Part shown: positions 1 through 12,000 of the stretch, piece after piece
Layout of the letters: each line of letters begins with the position of its first letter
Numbering within the stretch: position 1 is the first letter of the stretch
Origin: Mantamonas sphyraenae STR306
Lineage: Eukaryota; Protista; CRuMs
Direction: 5' to 3'
NCBI GenBank assembly: GCA_026936335.1
Contig: JAPMXV010000002.1
Coordinates: 248,001-312,000 of the forward strand
DNA length: 64,000 nt
Translations under genes and position numbers: made by a program
The notes under the pieces: model-generated
The model's database searches: none
Told to the model about the DNA's origin: nothing
Seen by the model: the letters and a program-made list of their open reading frames with translations, nothing else

Positions 1-3000
1 CGAATTCGACCGGCCTGGAAGGTGATGCGCAACTCGGAAAAGTCGCACACCGAACGACGCCTGCACGTCATCTTCTACGCTCTGCTCGTGCCCATCGATC
101 TCTTCATGGTCATTCCTGCCGTAATCACCGTTGCGCTCATCTGGCGAGCACGCAAGCTGCTCTTGGAGATTTGGCATGGCGAAGACTTTTGGCAGCTTTG
201 GGCGGCCGTCCTGTCCAACTTTTTCCTCACTCTGTTTGAGATTTTCGTGATGGGACCGCTCTTCCTCATCACATTTGTTTCCATCTATCGCACCATGGAT
301 CTCATCGGTCCAGTGATTGCCTCGACCAAAGGACTGCAGGGTGGCGTGACCTACGCGGACGCCGTCTCCATGCGCATGACCATCGACGACCGCAACAAGT
401 GCCACATGGTGTTTACTTGCCAGAAGACAGCCGCCATCGACGCAAGCCTGCGCACTGCGGAGATCACTGTGCAGTCTGGTGAGGGCTTGTGGGAAGGCGT
501 TCGCTCCAAGTTTGGCAGCTCCTCCGTCAACGTGGCCAAGATGATGATGCCTTTCAAGATGAACAAGAAGATGTTTGACATGGACCCGTACCACGCAGCG
601 GCCGTGGGGGACACCTTTGAGGTGGACTTTCGCACGGCGCCCGGGTATGACCGCGGAGATATGTTGTCGCTCCTCAACCACATGGCCAGGTACGAAACGG
701 GCAACGTGTACTTTCACTTTGGCCTGCCTGGCGGCAAGGGTGTGCTGACGGCAGCCAAAGATGAAGTTCGCCGACATGGAAACCGCGCTGCGTGAGAATC
801 GCGAGGTGAGCGACATCCAGGTACACCCGGATGCGTTTGTGCAAGAAGCCGACCCGTTTGCGTGGTACCCCGTGTACGTGCTGACGACAGCAGTGCAGTT
901 CTTCAAGCTTGTGCTTGACCTGATCATGTTGTGCGTGGCGCTGGCCACCACGGTGTGCTTCGTGTGGCGCGCCCCGATGCTGTGGGGACTGTTGTGTGAG
1001 GATGTGGACAAGTTTCCGCGTCGCAAGATCGCACGCGTGTTTGAAGAAGCGCGTGCACCGCTGCGCAAGGCGTTTCCGGTGTCATTGGACGCGTATGAGA
1101 TGCACAACGCCTTGTGGCGCAAACGCGTGTTTGCCGACCAGCACGAGGGACTGATCATGAGCCAAGAGGTGCACATGTTTGACATGCAGCGCAGCGGCAA
1201 CACCGACCGATGGATCAAGAGTGGTGAGCTGGACGGGGTTGCCGCGCAGGCACGTCACCGTGCCCAGAAGCGAGGCTTCCAAGAAAGCGAGGACAACCCG
1301 GAGCCACTGCGTGCCATGGGAGACTCGCTGCGCCTGCAAAACATGCTGGGAGAAGTGGAGACACAACTGGACTACCAGCGAATGATGTCGGGCACCCTCG
1401 ACGAGGACGCCTATCAAGTGCACAAGAGCAACTGGCGCAACGTGCGCCGCCTGAACGAAGCGCGTCTGCAGGCCGCAGCAGCTCGCTTCCAACAGTTGGG
1501 AGAGCGCGAGAGCCTGGGCTGCGGGAACGGCATCCGTTCGCGCGACCAAAAGACGATGCACGAGATCATCCTTGTGTCGCTGCTGTCGGGTGTGCTGGAC
1601 GTCCTGGGACTTGTGGGCTTGTGTGCGCTGATTGTGACGCTGTACCGCATGCCCGGCCTGATCAAAAAGCTGAAGGAGGGCCAAGGCGAGTCGGAGAAGA
1701 AGCGCGTGGTGTTTGGCGAGGTGAAGAACGTGCTGATCGACCTGGCTGCGTTTGTGGCCTCTGTGTTCCTGTTGGTGACACTGCTCAAGTCTTTGGACAT
1801 GTTCGAGGTGTGGACAGACGGCTACGAGCGGGGCGAGTTGAACGAGGCGCGCTGGAAAGTGTTTCCGCTGCTGGCCGAGTTTTACGAGGACTTTTGCGAA
1901 ATCATTGCCCAGCTCCTTTGCGACTGCGGCAACTTTTGCCTGTGCACGTTGGCCACGTGTGTGGGGTTCTGCGTGCCGGGTGCCCTCTTCTTCACGGTGC
2001 TGAGGGACAAAGAGAACGGCAACTGGTGCCAGAACTTTGTGGCGGTGTTGTGCTCCATTGGCTTCTGGGTGTTCTTCTTCCTCAGCCCGTTCGTCTTTTT
2101 GTACTCAGGCGTACCCGATTACTTGACGAGCGGCAGCATGGACGAGGCACGCACGAGCATCAACACGTTCCTGTTTGTGTACGTGGGCATCATCTTCTTC
2201 TTTGTGCTGCTGTCCCTGCCTGCACTGACGCGCGAAGGGGACATCAAGCAATTCCACGATGCGCCCGATCCGGCGAACCCGCCTGCGCTGACTTGGCCCA
2301 ACATCAACGCTCGCGTGCATCTGTTCCTGGACACCATCCAACTGTGTGCGTTTACGTTTAGCGTGGCAGATGCGATTCCTTGGCCCCTGCCTGTGCGGGA
2401 GTCGAGCAAGCAAGCCTCGGGCGTGGCCCTGTTTGACTTTGGAGTCAGCTCGGCTGGTGCAAGTGTGATTGTTGTGCTGGTGCTCATCCTGGCATGGTAC
2501 TACCTGACCACGTTCCCAGCGGTGGCCAAGGAGAGCTCGACTCGTCACGACCCGGAGACGTTTACAGAGAACAGTTCGTGGAAGTTTGCCATCCGTGTGC
2601 TAACGTCCACGTTCTACCTGACCATTGTGACGAACCTACTGAAGGCGCTCAAATGTGTGGTGGCACCAGACGGCCTGTCGCTTGTGTTGGAGGCGGACGA
2701 GTCGGTTACGTGCTGGCAGGGAGGTCATCTGGCCCTGGCTCTGCTGGCCATGCTTGCGATTGGCCACTACGTGCCCACCGCCTCTGTGTTGGCTGTGTTT
2801 TTCCACAATGTCAAGGACAACCAGAAACTGGATTTCCAGATCCTGGAGATTTACCACGTGATGTCCAACGTGATGAAGCTGTTCCTGAGCGGCGCACTCT
2901 TCTTCCTGGACACCAACACGTGGGCATACCTGAGTGCCCTGTTGGTGCTCAACCTGGTCATGCTGGTCGTCACGGCCAACTTTCCGACGATTGTGGGCAA

Positions 3001-5538
3001 CCCGGTGTGCGTGTACCCGTCGTTTTCAAACTGGAAGGCGGCGTCGTTTGGTGCAGGTGCATGGAGCGTGGTGTGCTCGATGATTGCGCTGGTGTTGGAT
3101 GACCCGAACAACTACGTTCCGGCCTACCTGTTGCTTGTCGGCTGGGCCATCATTTTCGTGGTGGTGTTTGTCGTCAATGTGTTTGTCAAGCGCAGGGTGC
3201 TGGCCGAAGCCAAGTCACGCGGTTTTGTGTCGCGTGATGATTGTAAGTTGTGTGTGAGGGATCGGTGAGGGAATGTGAGGATTCGACTGACACACGCACG
3301 TACGCACGACGCACGCACACAGTGGCCCAGCAGATGGAAACCATCATGGAGATGGTGCCAGGCACGTACAAGGTGCCCGGATGGAAACGACGCTACCAAG
3401 CGTGGACCAAGGCGCTGAAGCGATCGACGCATCCGGGTGCACTGTTGAAGCGTGCGCAAGAGCTGGAGCAGGAGCTGCAGGCACAAGCGTACGATCGCAC
3501 TGCGCTGGCCACACGTCGTGTACAGCGTGTTCAGGACCAACTGGATGAGCTGAAGAATGACGAGGAGCTCACAAACGCAAAGTTGCACAACGTGCTTGTG
3601 GAGCTGGCCAGTGTGCTCGGCAACACGGGCGCTGTGGAGGAGCATGCGGCCACGGGAGAGGGGGCCAACGGGTCGTCGTCGTCGTACGCGGTGCCGCACG
3701 TGAGTTCGACGCACGTGCATCCGAGCCTGACCGGCAACGCTCGCGTGAACAAGTCCAAGGCGTACGTTGTTCTGAACCAGGGTTGGCTCAAGTGGTACTC
3801 GGGCAAGAAGGCGGCGGAGAAGAAGCCCGAGGAACCGGAAGGGACGTTGGAGATGAGCAAGATCAACCGCGTGGTCACGGGCGACTCGTTGGTGCTGTTT
3901 GGCGTGTGCAAGGGCAAGGTTGCAACCCGGCATGTTCTGTTGATGACAACCGAAGATGACGTGCTGCTGTACTTTGACCACGAGGAGGAGGGCAAGCAAT
4001 GGTACAACGCCCTTCTGGAGGCCAGCTGGACCAGCAACTACGTGAGCACCGACGAGGCGTTTCCGTACGTGCTGATTGAAGTCCGTCGCGGCCTGGGCCA
4101 AGTGATTCAACCCGAGGCCCAGAGCGTGATTGCCACTGCGCCGTCGCCCGCATCCGGCAACAAGGAGGATGGCAAGGCAGACGTTGGCTCGTCGTCGTCT
4201 GCGCCGTCTGCTCCGCCCACGGCCACCACCAGCACCTCGGCGACTTCGCCTGCGCCGTCGGCACCCGTGGCACCCGAGGAAGATGAAGATGATGAAGAGG
4301 AGGAGGACAGCAGCGACAGCAGCGACAGCAGCGATGAGAGCGATCTGTCTCTGTCCGAGACGGAGAGCGAAGATTTGCTGAACGGAGGCTCGGGTGGCTC
4401 CAAGGTGCCCAAGAAGCTGCGCCGCAAAAAGGCACACCGTTCGAAGAAGAAGCGAGAGGAGCGTGCAAAGAAATTGCAGGAAGAGGAGCAGGGGCAGGGA
4501 GGCGGCGGCGGCAATCGCCTCGGAGGAGCTCTGCGGGGCCTGGGCAGGTTTGCAGCGAAAAAGGCCTTGGGACTGGACGAAGGAGAGCTGGACGAGTTGG
4601 AAGGCAAGATGCACGAGATGGTGGAGGCAGGACGAAAGCTGGTGGCGAGTGGAAAGGAAAAGGTCATGGAAGCAGAAACGAAGCTGATGAACAAGATGCC
4701 TGCAGCGAGGGCAGACCCGGAGATGCTCCAGGTGGCTGTGGACCTGTTTGGCCACTTTGGCTCCGGTCCACGCAAGTGGCTGGCCTTGGCTGATGGGGCC
4801 GACATCCTCGTAAGAACTTGGGACTACAAGTACGATCGCATTGTGTTTTCGCAGATGTACTCTGGCCCGTACACTGGCGTGCTTGAGCGTATGATGACCT
4901 TCCCCATGCACACCCAGTTTGGGTGGAGCCAGATGCAGCTGGTGGTGGTTGTTCAGGAGATGCCCGTCACCAACGACCAGGTGGGTTATCGACGCGACGA
5001 GGAGCATTTGTCCAGGCTGAACAGCATGAAGATGGATGCAGCCACGGTGCACTACTTTGAAGAAGCACCCCGTGCGCTGCATGTGGCCGAGGCCGACGAG
5101 GCTCGTGGAAGCATCAACACAGGAAGCCGGGAGCTGTTGCAGGTGGGGCCGATGGATGGAGGTGTGCAGAGTATGGAGGTGGGCGAAGGTGTGGGTCACA
5201 GCTCGGGGTCGGACGAGGGACGTGCTCACCAGCATCCGTCGTACGCGCACCAGCTGGTCGACCAGGAGCAGCAGCTGGCAAAGTCGATGTCTCTTGGCCG
5301 ACAGGTTGAAAACTACAACGATCACCGTCTGCTGCGTCTGATGAAGACGTATTCGTTGGAAACACCCTTGCCCCAACTGCACTACGAGGTGTGTGGCCTC
5401 AACGACGAACGCAAGGTGTTTGTGTTTGACGCCACGCACCTCAGCGGCAAAGCGGTCAACCTGCGCCTGACTTGCCATGGCGTGGACAACATTGCCGTTG
5501 TGGACGTGTTGCTGGTGGAGAACTTGGCTGCAAAGTGA
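1..5538 (+). CDS. Large multi-pass membrane protein (5'-truncated) with C-terminal coiled coil, PH domain and acidic linker; exons <1-3242, 3323-5538; probable +1 indel at ~758
   Basis: Frame is open from base 1. ORFs 22-795 and 761-3268 join if one A is removed in gccAAAgatg. Intron 3243-3322 (GTAAGT...CTGAC...CACACAG) joins ORF 761 to ORF 3250 in frame (T|TG=Leu). Many hydrophobic helices; PH-like segment VVLNQGWLKWY...PEGTLEM...EEEGKQWYNAL at ~3730-4030. Confidence 0.8.
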
Positions 5539-6021
5539 GGGAAGGTTCCCTGGTGATTGTGGTGACAATGAAGTGTGTTTTGCGGCAGATTTTGCTTCAT
5601 TCATTCGCGCGTCCATCTCAGAAAAAGGCTCAACGCGTCCAGTCATCTCATCACACCCTTCGCGCCAGAGATCAGCCTCTGCTGACGAGCAGGCACGTCG
5701 CCACACCACGACTGCGCAAGGAACGCGGCCACCCAAGAAATCACAACATGGGAAACCCCCCAAATTTCGCCATGAGAGGGGTTGCATGTGTGCACATAAG
5801 GGCAGGGTTCAACTTGCGTTTCGCAGGTGACGTCGCACACACTGCAGGCAGCATGCGGGCTGTAGGACGGGCGTGGGAAGGGTTGTGGGATTGGCCAAAA
5901 CGCGGAACCCTGTGTGACGGAATCGAACGCGACAGTGTGTTGCCGCATCCACATCCAAATGGAGGATCCATGCTCCAGTCCAACACAAGGGGTGGTGGTG
6001 CCAATGCAGCGATGAGGACAA

Positions 6022-9000
6022 TTACTTGTCGCCACCGGTGGTCGGGGCCACGGAGCCGCCCGAACGTGTGGACGCCCACCACTTCTTAAAGGCAGCCGCC
6101 TGGGTGTCCACCCACATCTTGAAGGGCGGGTGGTTGTAGTAGGCGACGACGGCGGCGACACCACCGACAAAGATGAGGGCGCCAAAGACGATGGCGATGA
6201 TCTCGCCCACGGTAAGACCGCGAGGGCCCTCGGGCACAGGCTCGGGGTCCTCCACCGTCACCTGCGGGTGGCAACCGGTCTCGGGCAGGTTGCTGCAGGC
6301 AAACGAGGTGCCGTTGCAAGCACGAGCGGCGGCCTCGCAGGCGCTGCGGCACACGGGCAGTGCGCCGTACTCACCATGGCAGGCCGGGAAGGCCGAGGCG
6401 CAGGCAAAGATCTTCATCTTGTTGGCACACAGCGTGGTGTTGAGGTCCACACGGCCGCCATAGCGGTTCTCCGCCTCCTTGTTCCAGTCAGCGAGCGAGG
6501 CCGAGGTGTATCCGATGGGCCACGTGACCGTGTCCGCACAGAAGCCCGTCGACGGGAATGCCTGGCAGCGCGCCATGTACTTCATGGCACGTACGTCACC
6601 CGAGATCTGGGCCGGCGACTCGAGAATGGTCTGGATGTTGTCGGCGCCGTAGGACGGGGAGTTGGGCATGAGGTTGGCCGGTTCCTGGTTGCCGCCAAAG
6701 ACCATCTCGCCCGTGTCGCTGCGTGCAATGGCGTACACCTGGCTGCTCGAACCGACAAACATGCGGCGCGGCTTGGCCGTCTTGGTGTCCACGGACAGCA
6801 GGTAGTCGCACTGCGAGTTGCCGTAGCACGAGGTGAACTGACCACCCACCAGCAGCGTGTCGCTGTCAATCATCTTCAGCGCATACACAGTGCTGTCCAT
6901 GGTGCGATCGCGGTCACCCAGGCCGCCAATGGCGCCCGTGGCGCGGTTCCAGCGCATCAGGTGGCGGTTGCTCGGATCGGCATATTTGTAGTAGTAGCGG
7001 CCGCCTGCATACACACCCCTGCCTGGCACGACGGTGCTGGACAGGACAAAGCTGTTGAGACCGTAGTCGGCGGGTTCCCATCCGCTGGCGCCGCGGTTCG
7101 GGGCGTACAGCGCGTAGTACGACTGCAGGGTCTGGCCGTTGTAGGCGCGAGTCATTCCTCCGCCCACAAACACGTTGCCCTCATACACAGCCACGGTTTC
7201 GACATAGTTGTCCAGACCGCCGGCGACGCTGGTGAACGTGTCGGTGACCGAGTTCCAGCGGACCAGGTAGGCGGTGTTGCGCAGCGAAAAGTCGCCCAGG
7301 GTGCTGAAGTAGCCGCCCACGTACACATCGTCGCCGTCCTTGGCAAAGCAGGACACTTGGTTGTTGGGCTCGGCACTCAGGCGCTTGAACTTGTCCGTGT
7401 CCATGTCGTACAGCACCAGGTAGCGTGCCGGCAATGTGAACGAACCACCAATCAGCAACTTGGAGGTGCCCACGCGCGTCATGGCAAGCACGTTGCCCGA
7501 GCTAAAGGTCAGACCGCCCACTGTGGTGGTGGTCGTCTGCGAGGTGGTGTTGTAGTAGCGGAAGCCCGAAGTGCCACCCATGAACACGAGATCCTTGTAG
7601 AACTCGAGGGCAAACACGGCGCCCGGGGCACTGAGACCCGTGGGTGAGATGTAGCCGCGGTTGTTCATGGGGTCAATGTAGCGCACGTTGTGCAAGAAGT
7701 AACCGCCGACCCAAATGTGGCGCGTGGTCGGGTGCTCGCGCACGGTACGCACGTTGCTGTTGAGGTTCGTGCCAGCGCCGGTGTACACCGACTCCCAGAT
7801 CTCGGTGGCCGGGTCGAAGCGCACAAGGTAGTGGCCGTTGTTGTCCACAACGCTGGTCTGTGTGTGACCGACGTACACCCACTTGCCGTCGCGAGTGGCC
7901 TCCATGGCGTACAGGTAGTGGCCGCTGCTGGTGGAGAACTGGTTGCTGCCCTGCTGCACTGCGATGGTACGCAGCACGCCCGAAGAGGAAAAGTTGCTCG
8001 GATGGAAGTGAGCCACACGCTGGGCCGGGCTGGTGATCTGATCGAAGCCGGCAAAGCTGCCGCCCATGTACACGTCGTCGCCGACCACCTCGAGGGCAAA
8101 CACGTCGTTGTCGATGCGCTGGAACGGGCTTTCCGTCAGCGGCATCCACTTCTTGGCCACGGCGTCGTAGTGCGCCACGCGGTACATGGGCTGTCCGGCC
8201 ACCGAAGTGAAGGAGCCGCCAATGTACACGTCGGTGGTGCCGTTGACGGCGATGGCGTACACGTTGCCGTTGACACGTGCACAGGCAAAGGCCTCGAGCA
8301 CAAAGTCACCACGCACGGCGCCAAATCGCGACATGATCAGGTCGACGTTGTAAAAGTTGCCACCCACCAGTGTCTGGCCCATGAAGGTTTCGATGGCGCG
8401 CACATCGCTGCTGAACTGGCGTGCGTACTTGCGTCCGGTGAAATAGGTGCCGTTGAAGGCAGCCAGACGTTCGGTGTTTGCCACGTTGGCGCTTGAGAAC
8501 TGACCGCCTGCGAGGTTGCCGTTGGCGGAGCCGCCGATGGCGTACACGCGCGAGTTGGGGCCGCTGAAGCTGCCGATGTTCTCAAAGTAACCGGTGGTGC
8601 GGTTGAACGGGGCCATGTTGGTGATGGTCACGCGGCCTTGGTTGCCGTTGGTGAAGGACCCGGCCACACACAGGGTCTGGTGGCCGTCGATCAGGGCACG
8701 CGTGACGGCGGTGCTGCCGCCGTCGAGGCGCAGCTCCTCGGGCTTGATGCCAAACCACTTGTTCTGGGCCTTGTTGTAGCGAGCGACGGCCGAAATGGGC
8801 AGGAGGTCGTTGGCCACGTTGCCCGTGGGTGCGTTGATCGCGATCGTGGCCTGTGTGGCCACGTAGACGTCGGTGGCGGTGACGTGCAGCTGGTAGCCAG
8901 TGCTTGTCAGGCCGTACCTGTCGGCAAGGACCGAATACGAGTTGGAGTCGCGGTTGTAGCGCGCAATGTTGCTCACGGCCAAGCTGTCGACGGAGCTGAA

Positions 9001-12000
9001 GCTGCCGGTAAGGTACACGTGGTTCGCGTTGTTGGGATCGACGACCACATCGTGCACGGTGCCGCTCGCGCCAAAGCCAATGCCGAGGCTGCGAATCTTG
9101 TCGGTGTCCGAGTTGAACTCGACAAAGCGGCTGGCACGCTGGCTGACCTGGGTGAAGCTGCCTCCCACATACAGCAGACCGTTGTGCACGGCGAGCGCAT
9201 ACACGTTGCTGTTGAGTTCCTGCGACACGCCAAGGGGCGAGAAAGTGCCCGAGGCCGGGTTGAAGCGAGTGACATACTGGCTGATGCCCATGCGAGGCAC
9301 GTCAGCAAAGCTGCCACCGAGGATGATGCTGTTGCCAACACGGACCATGGCATTCACGGTGGACGAAAGGCCATAGGTGTCCGTGCCGTCACGGAGACGG
9401 TTGTAAGCAGGGCGCAGGATCTTGTCGTTGACATTGTACTTGATCAGGTAGGACGACTCGTCGCCAAAGTCCGAGGCCTCGTAGAAGCTGCCGCCGACGT
9501 AGATGTCGTCGCCATAGCGGAGCATGACCTGCACGGTGCTCGAGGTACCGTTGCCGATGGCTTGAGTCTCGCCGGTGACCATGTTGACAGTGGCGAGGCG
9601 GTTGGCCGGCTTGGCGTCGGTGAAGGTTCCCTGGGACAAGGCCATGAGGCGGTTGTTGTACTCGATGAAGTAGTTGAAGCCCTGGTAGGTGTAGGGGCTG
9701 TCCTTCTTGAGGCGGAGACTGCTGGGATCAAAGATCATGGTAGGGTAGCTGCCGTCGTGGGCGGCCCAGACCTCGCCGCGGTGGAGGGTGAGGTGGTAGA
9801 TGGTGTAGTCGGTGCGCGTGCCGCCGCCCTCAATGGCTTCGACGGTGCCTGTGGTGAGGTCGATGCGTGCAACGCCCTCGGTGCCCGAGACACCTGCGCT
9901 CGCGAAATCGCCGCCGATGAACAGGTAGTTGTTGTGGATAAGGAGGGTGTACACACCGCCATCGACGCAGAAAGCGACGTCCAAGGAGCGCTGGTTGACA
10001 CTCGTGGAGTACACACCGCGGTTGGTGGCCATGTAGACGGTGCCCGCGTACTCAGCCATCTGGTAAGTGGCGATAGCGTTTTCGGGATCCTCCAGAGCAG
10101 GGCCGTAGGGGATCCATCCACCAGTTCCGATGTTGTAGCGAACCATCTGGTAGTAGGAGACGCGCTTGGTGGCCGGGTCGGTGTACTGGACGCATGCGGT
10201 GGAGTCACAGCCGATGTAGAGATCGTCGTTGACCACGAGCAGGGATCGCACGCTGGCAGACAGCCAGACGCTGCTGGAGCGAGCCAGGGGCCCAAAGTTG
10301 TTGCCGTCCCACACGACGACGTAGTCGCCGCCACGCACGGCCGGGATGATGCCACCCACAGTGCGGTGCTGGCCACCGACATACAGAGAGGAGCCATGGG
10401 TAGCAAGGGCACGCACGGTGCCATCCACACCCTGGCGCAACTGGTAGGTGTTTCCGTTGCGGATGCGAGCAATGTTGAAGCGAGGAGAAACGTTTGTGAG
10501 CGAGCTCATGGAGCCGGCAACAAAGAGGTCCTCGCCCATGGTGATGGCCACGTAGAGGTTCATGGCACCGCCGGTGGTGATGCGCTGCGAGTACTCCTGC
10601 CAGCCGTTCTCCTGCGGGTCGTACATGACGACTTCGGACGTGTCTTGGTCGTTGTAGAACGAGTTGAAGCTGCCGCCGACGTGGAGGGTGTCACCCACGA
10701 GTTCGGCAGCGTTGACGGTGCTGCTGAAGCCTCCGCCTACGCCGTGCCAACGATCGGCACCCTGGCTCCACTGGGCCAGATAGTAGTAGTCGTCCGAGTT
10801 GGATCCACTGAGACCAGCCACGAGGCGCGGGCCGTCCACGAGAATGGAGTAGACGGTGCTGCCGAGGAACAAGTTGCCGTCGAGCGAGACAAAGTCTTGG
10901 GTGCTGTTCTTGAAGCGTACGATACGCTGGGAGGTGACGCCGTCCCAGGAGTTGCCGCTGCCACCAAAGTAGATGTACTCGGAGCCGTTCTGGGTGTTGC
11001 ACGAGTACACCCAGCTGCTGCTTGCGGACGGACCGCTGCCAAGGTCGTACATGAGCTTGTTGCCCGTGTGGTAGCGCAGCAGGTAGTCGGCACTGAGGCC
11101 GGTGTAGCCTGTGAAGCCTCCACCGAGGTAGACGTCGTTGCCCTGCACGCAGAGGGTGCGCACGTCATTGTTGAGGTTTCCTTCGTCGGCACCGCCAAAG
11201 CCGCGGTCGATGAACTTGTCGCTGGCGAGGTCAAAGATGGCGAAACGGTTTGCAGTAAACGTGTCTGCGTAGGTGAACTCTCCACCGAGGTAAAGGAGCT
11301 CGGTGCCGGGCACCTGTGCGATGGCTTTCACGCGGTTGTTGAACACCACGGGCTGTTTGCGAGGCACGGTGGCGTTGTTGGTGTCGATGACAGTAAAGCG
11401 ATCGGTAAAGTCACCGCCGGCATAGACGATGTTGGGCTTGGTGCTAGAGCGGCGCACGCTGTAGACCGCGCCGTTGAGGGTGTTTGAGGTGAACAGGGGC
11501 TCGTACGCCTTTGCGGTCAGGTTGTACTTGGCGATGTAGTCGCCTGCCGAGGTGCCCATGTTGGTGAAGAAGCCGCCGAGGTACAGTTCGTCGCCGAAGC
11601 GCTGCACAGAGTGGATCTGGTTGTTGGGCTGGGTCAGGGTGGTAAGGTCGCCTGTGGCGGGGTCGTACTCGACGAGACCGTAGGCGTTGGCCTGCTGGCC
11701 GTTGAAGGAGCCAACGAGAATGAGGCGCTTGCCGTCTGCGGTGGGGACCATGTCGTAGACCTGGCCGCCGGAAAGGCGGCAAGGGACGTCAGACCACTTG
11801 TTGGTGGTCTCGTTGTAGCAGACAATCTTTTCGGTGGTGATCGAGGGGCCGGAAAGGTCGCGGGCGTTTGACTGACTGATGGAGCCTGCAATGAAGAGCT
11901 CCTTGGTGGGGTTTGCAAACGGATGGCCGTTGACGGAACAGGACGAACGGGCCGAAACCTTGCCCGACACACAGGCCACGGTGGGCATGGAGGCGTCGCA

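Noticed and set aside
5680-5760. CTGACGA...GAAA resembling a hammerhead ribozyme core in the 5539-6021 gap
   Set aside because: No stem II or flanking stems can be formed at the required spacing.
3124-5787. 887-aa minus-strand ORF and other long antisense ORFs (e.g. 8638-11487, 45232-47256)
   Set aside because: These are shadow frames of GC3-rich genes on the opposite strand, with no recognisable domains.
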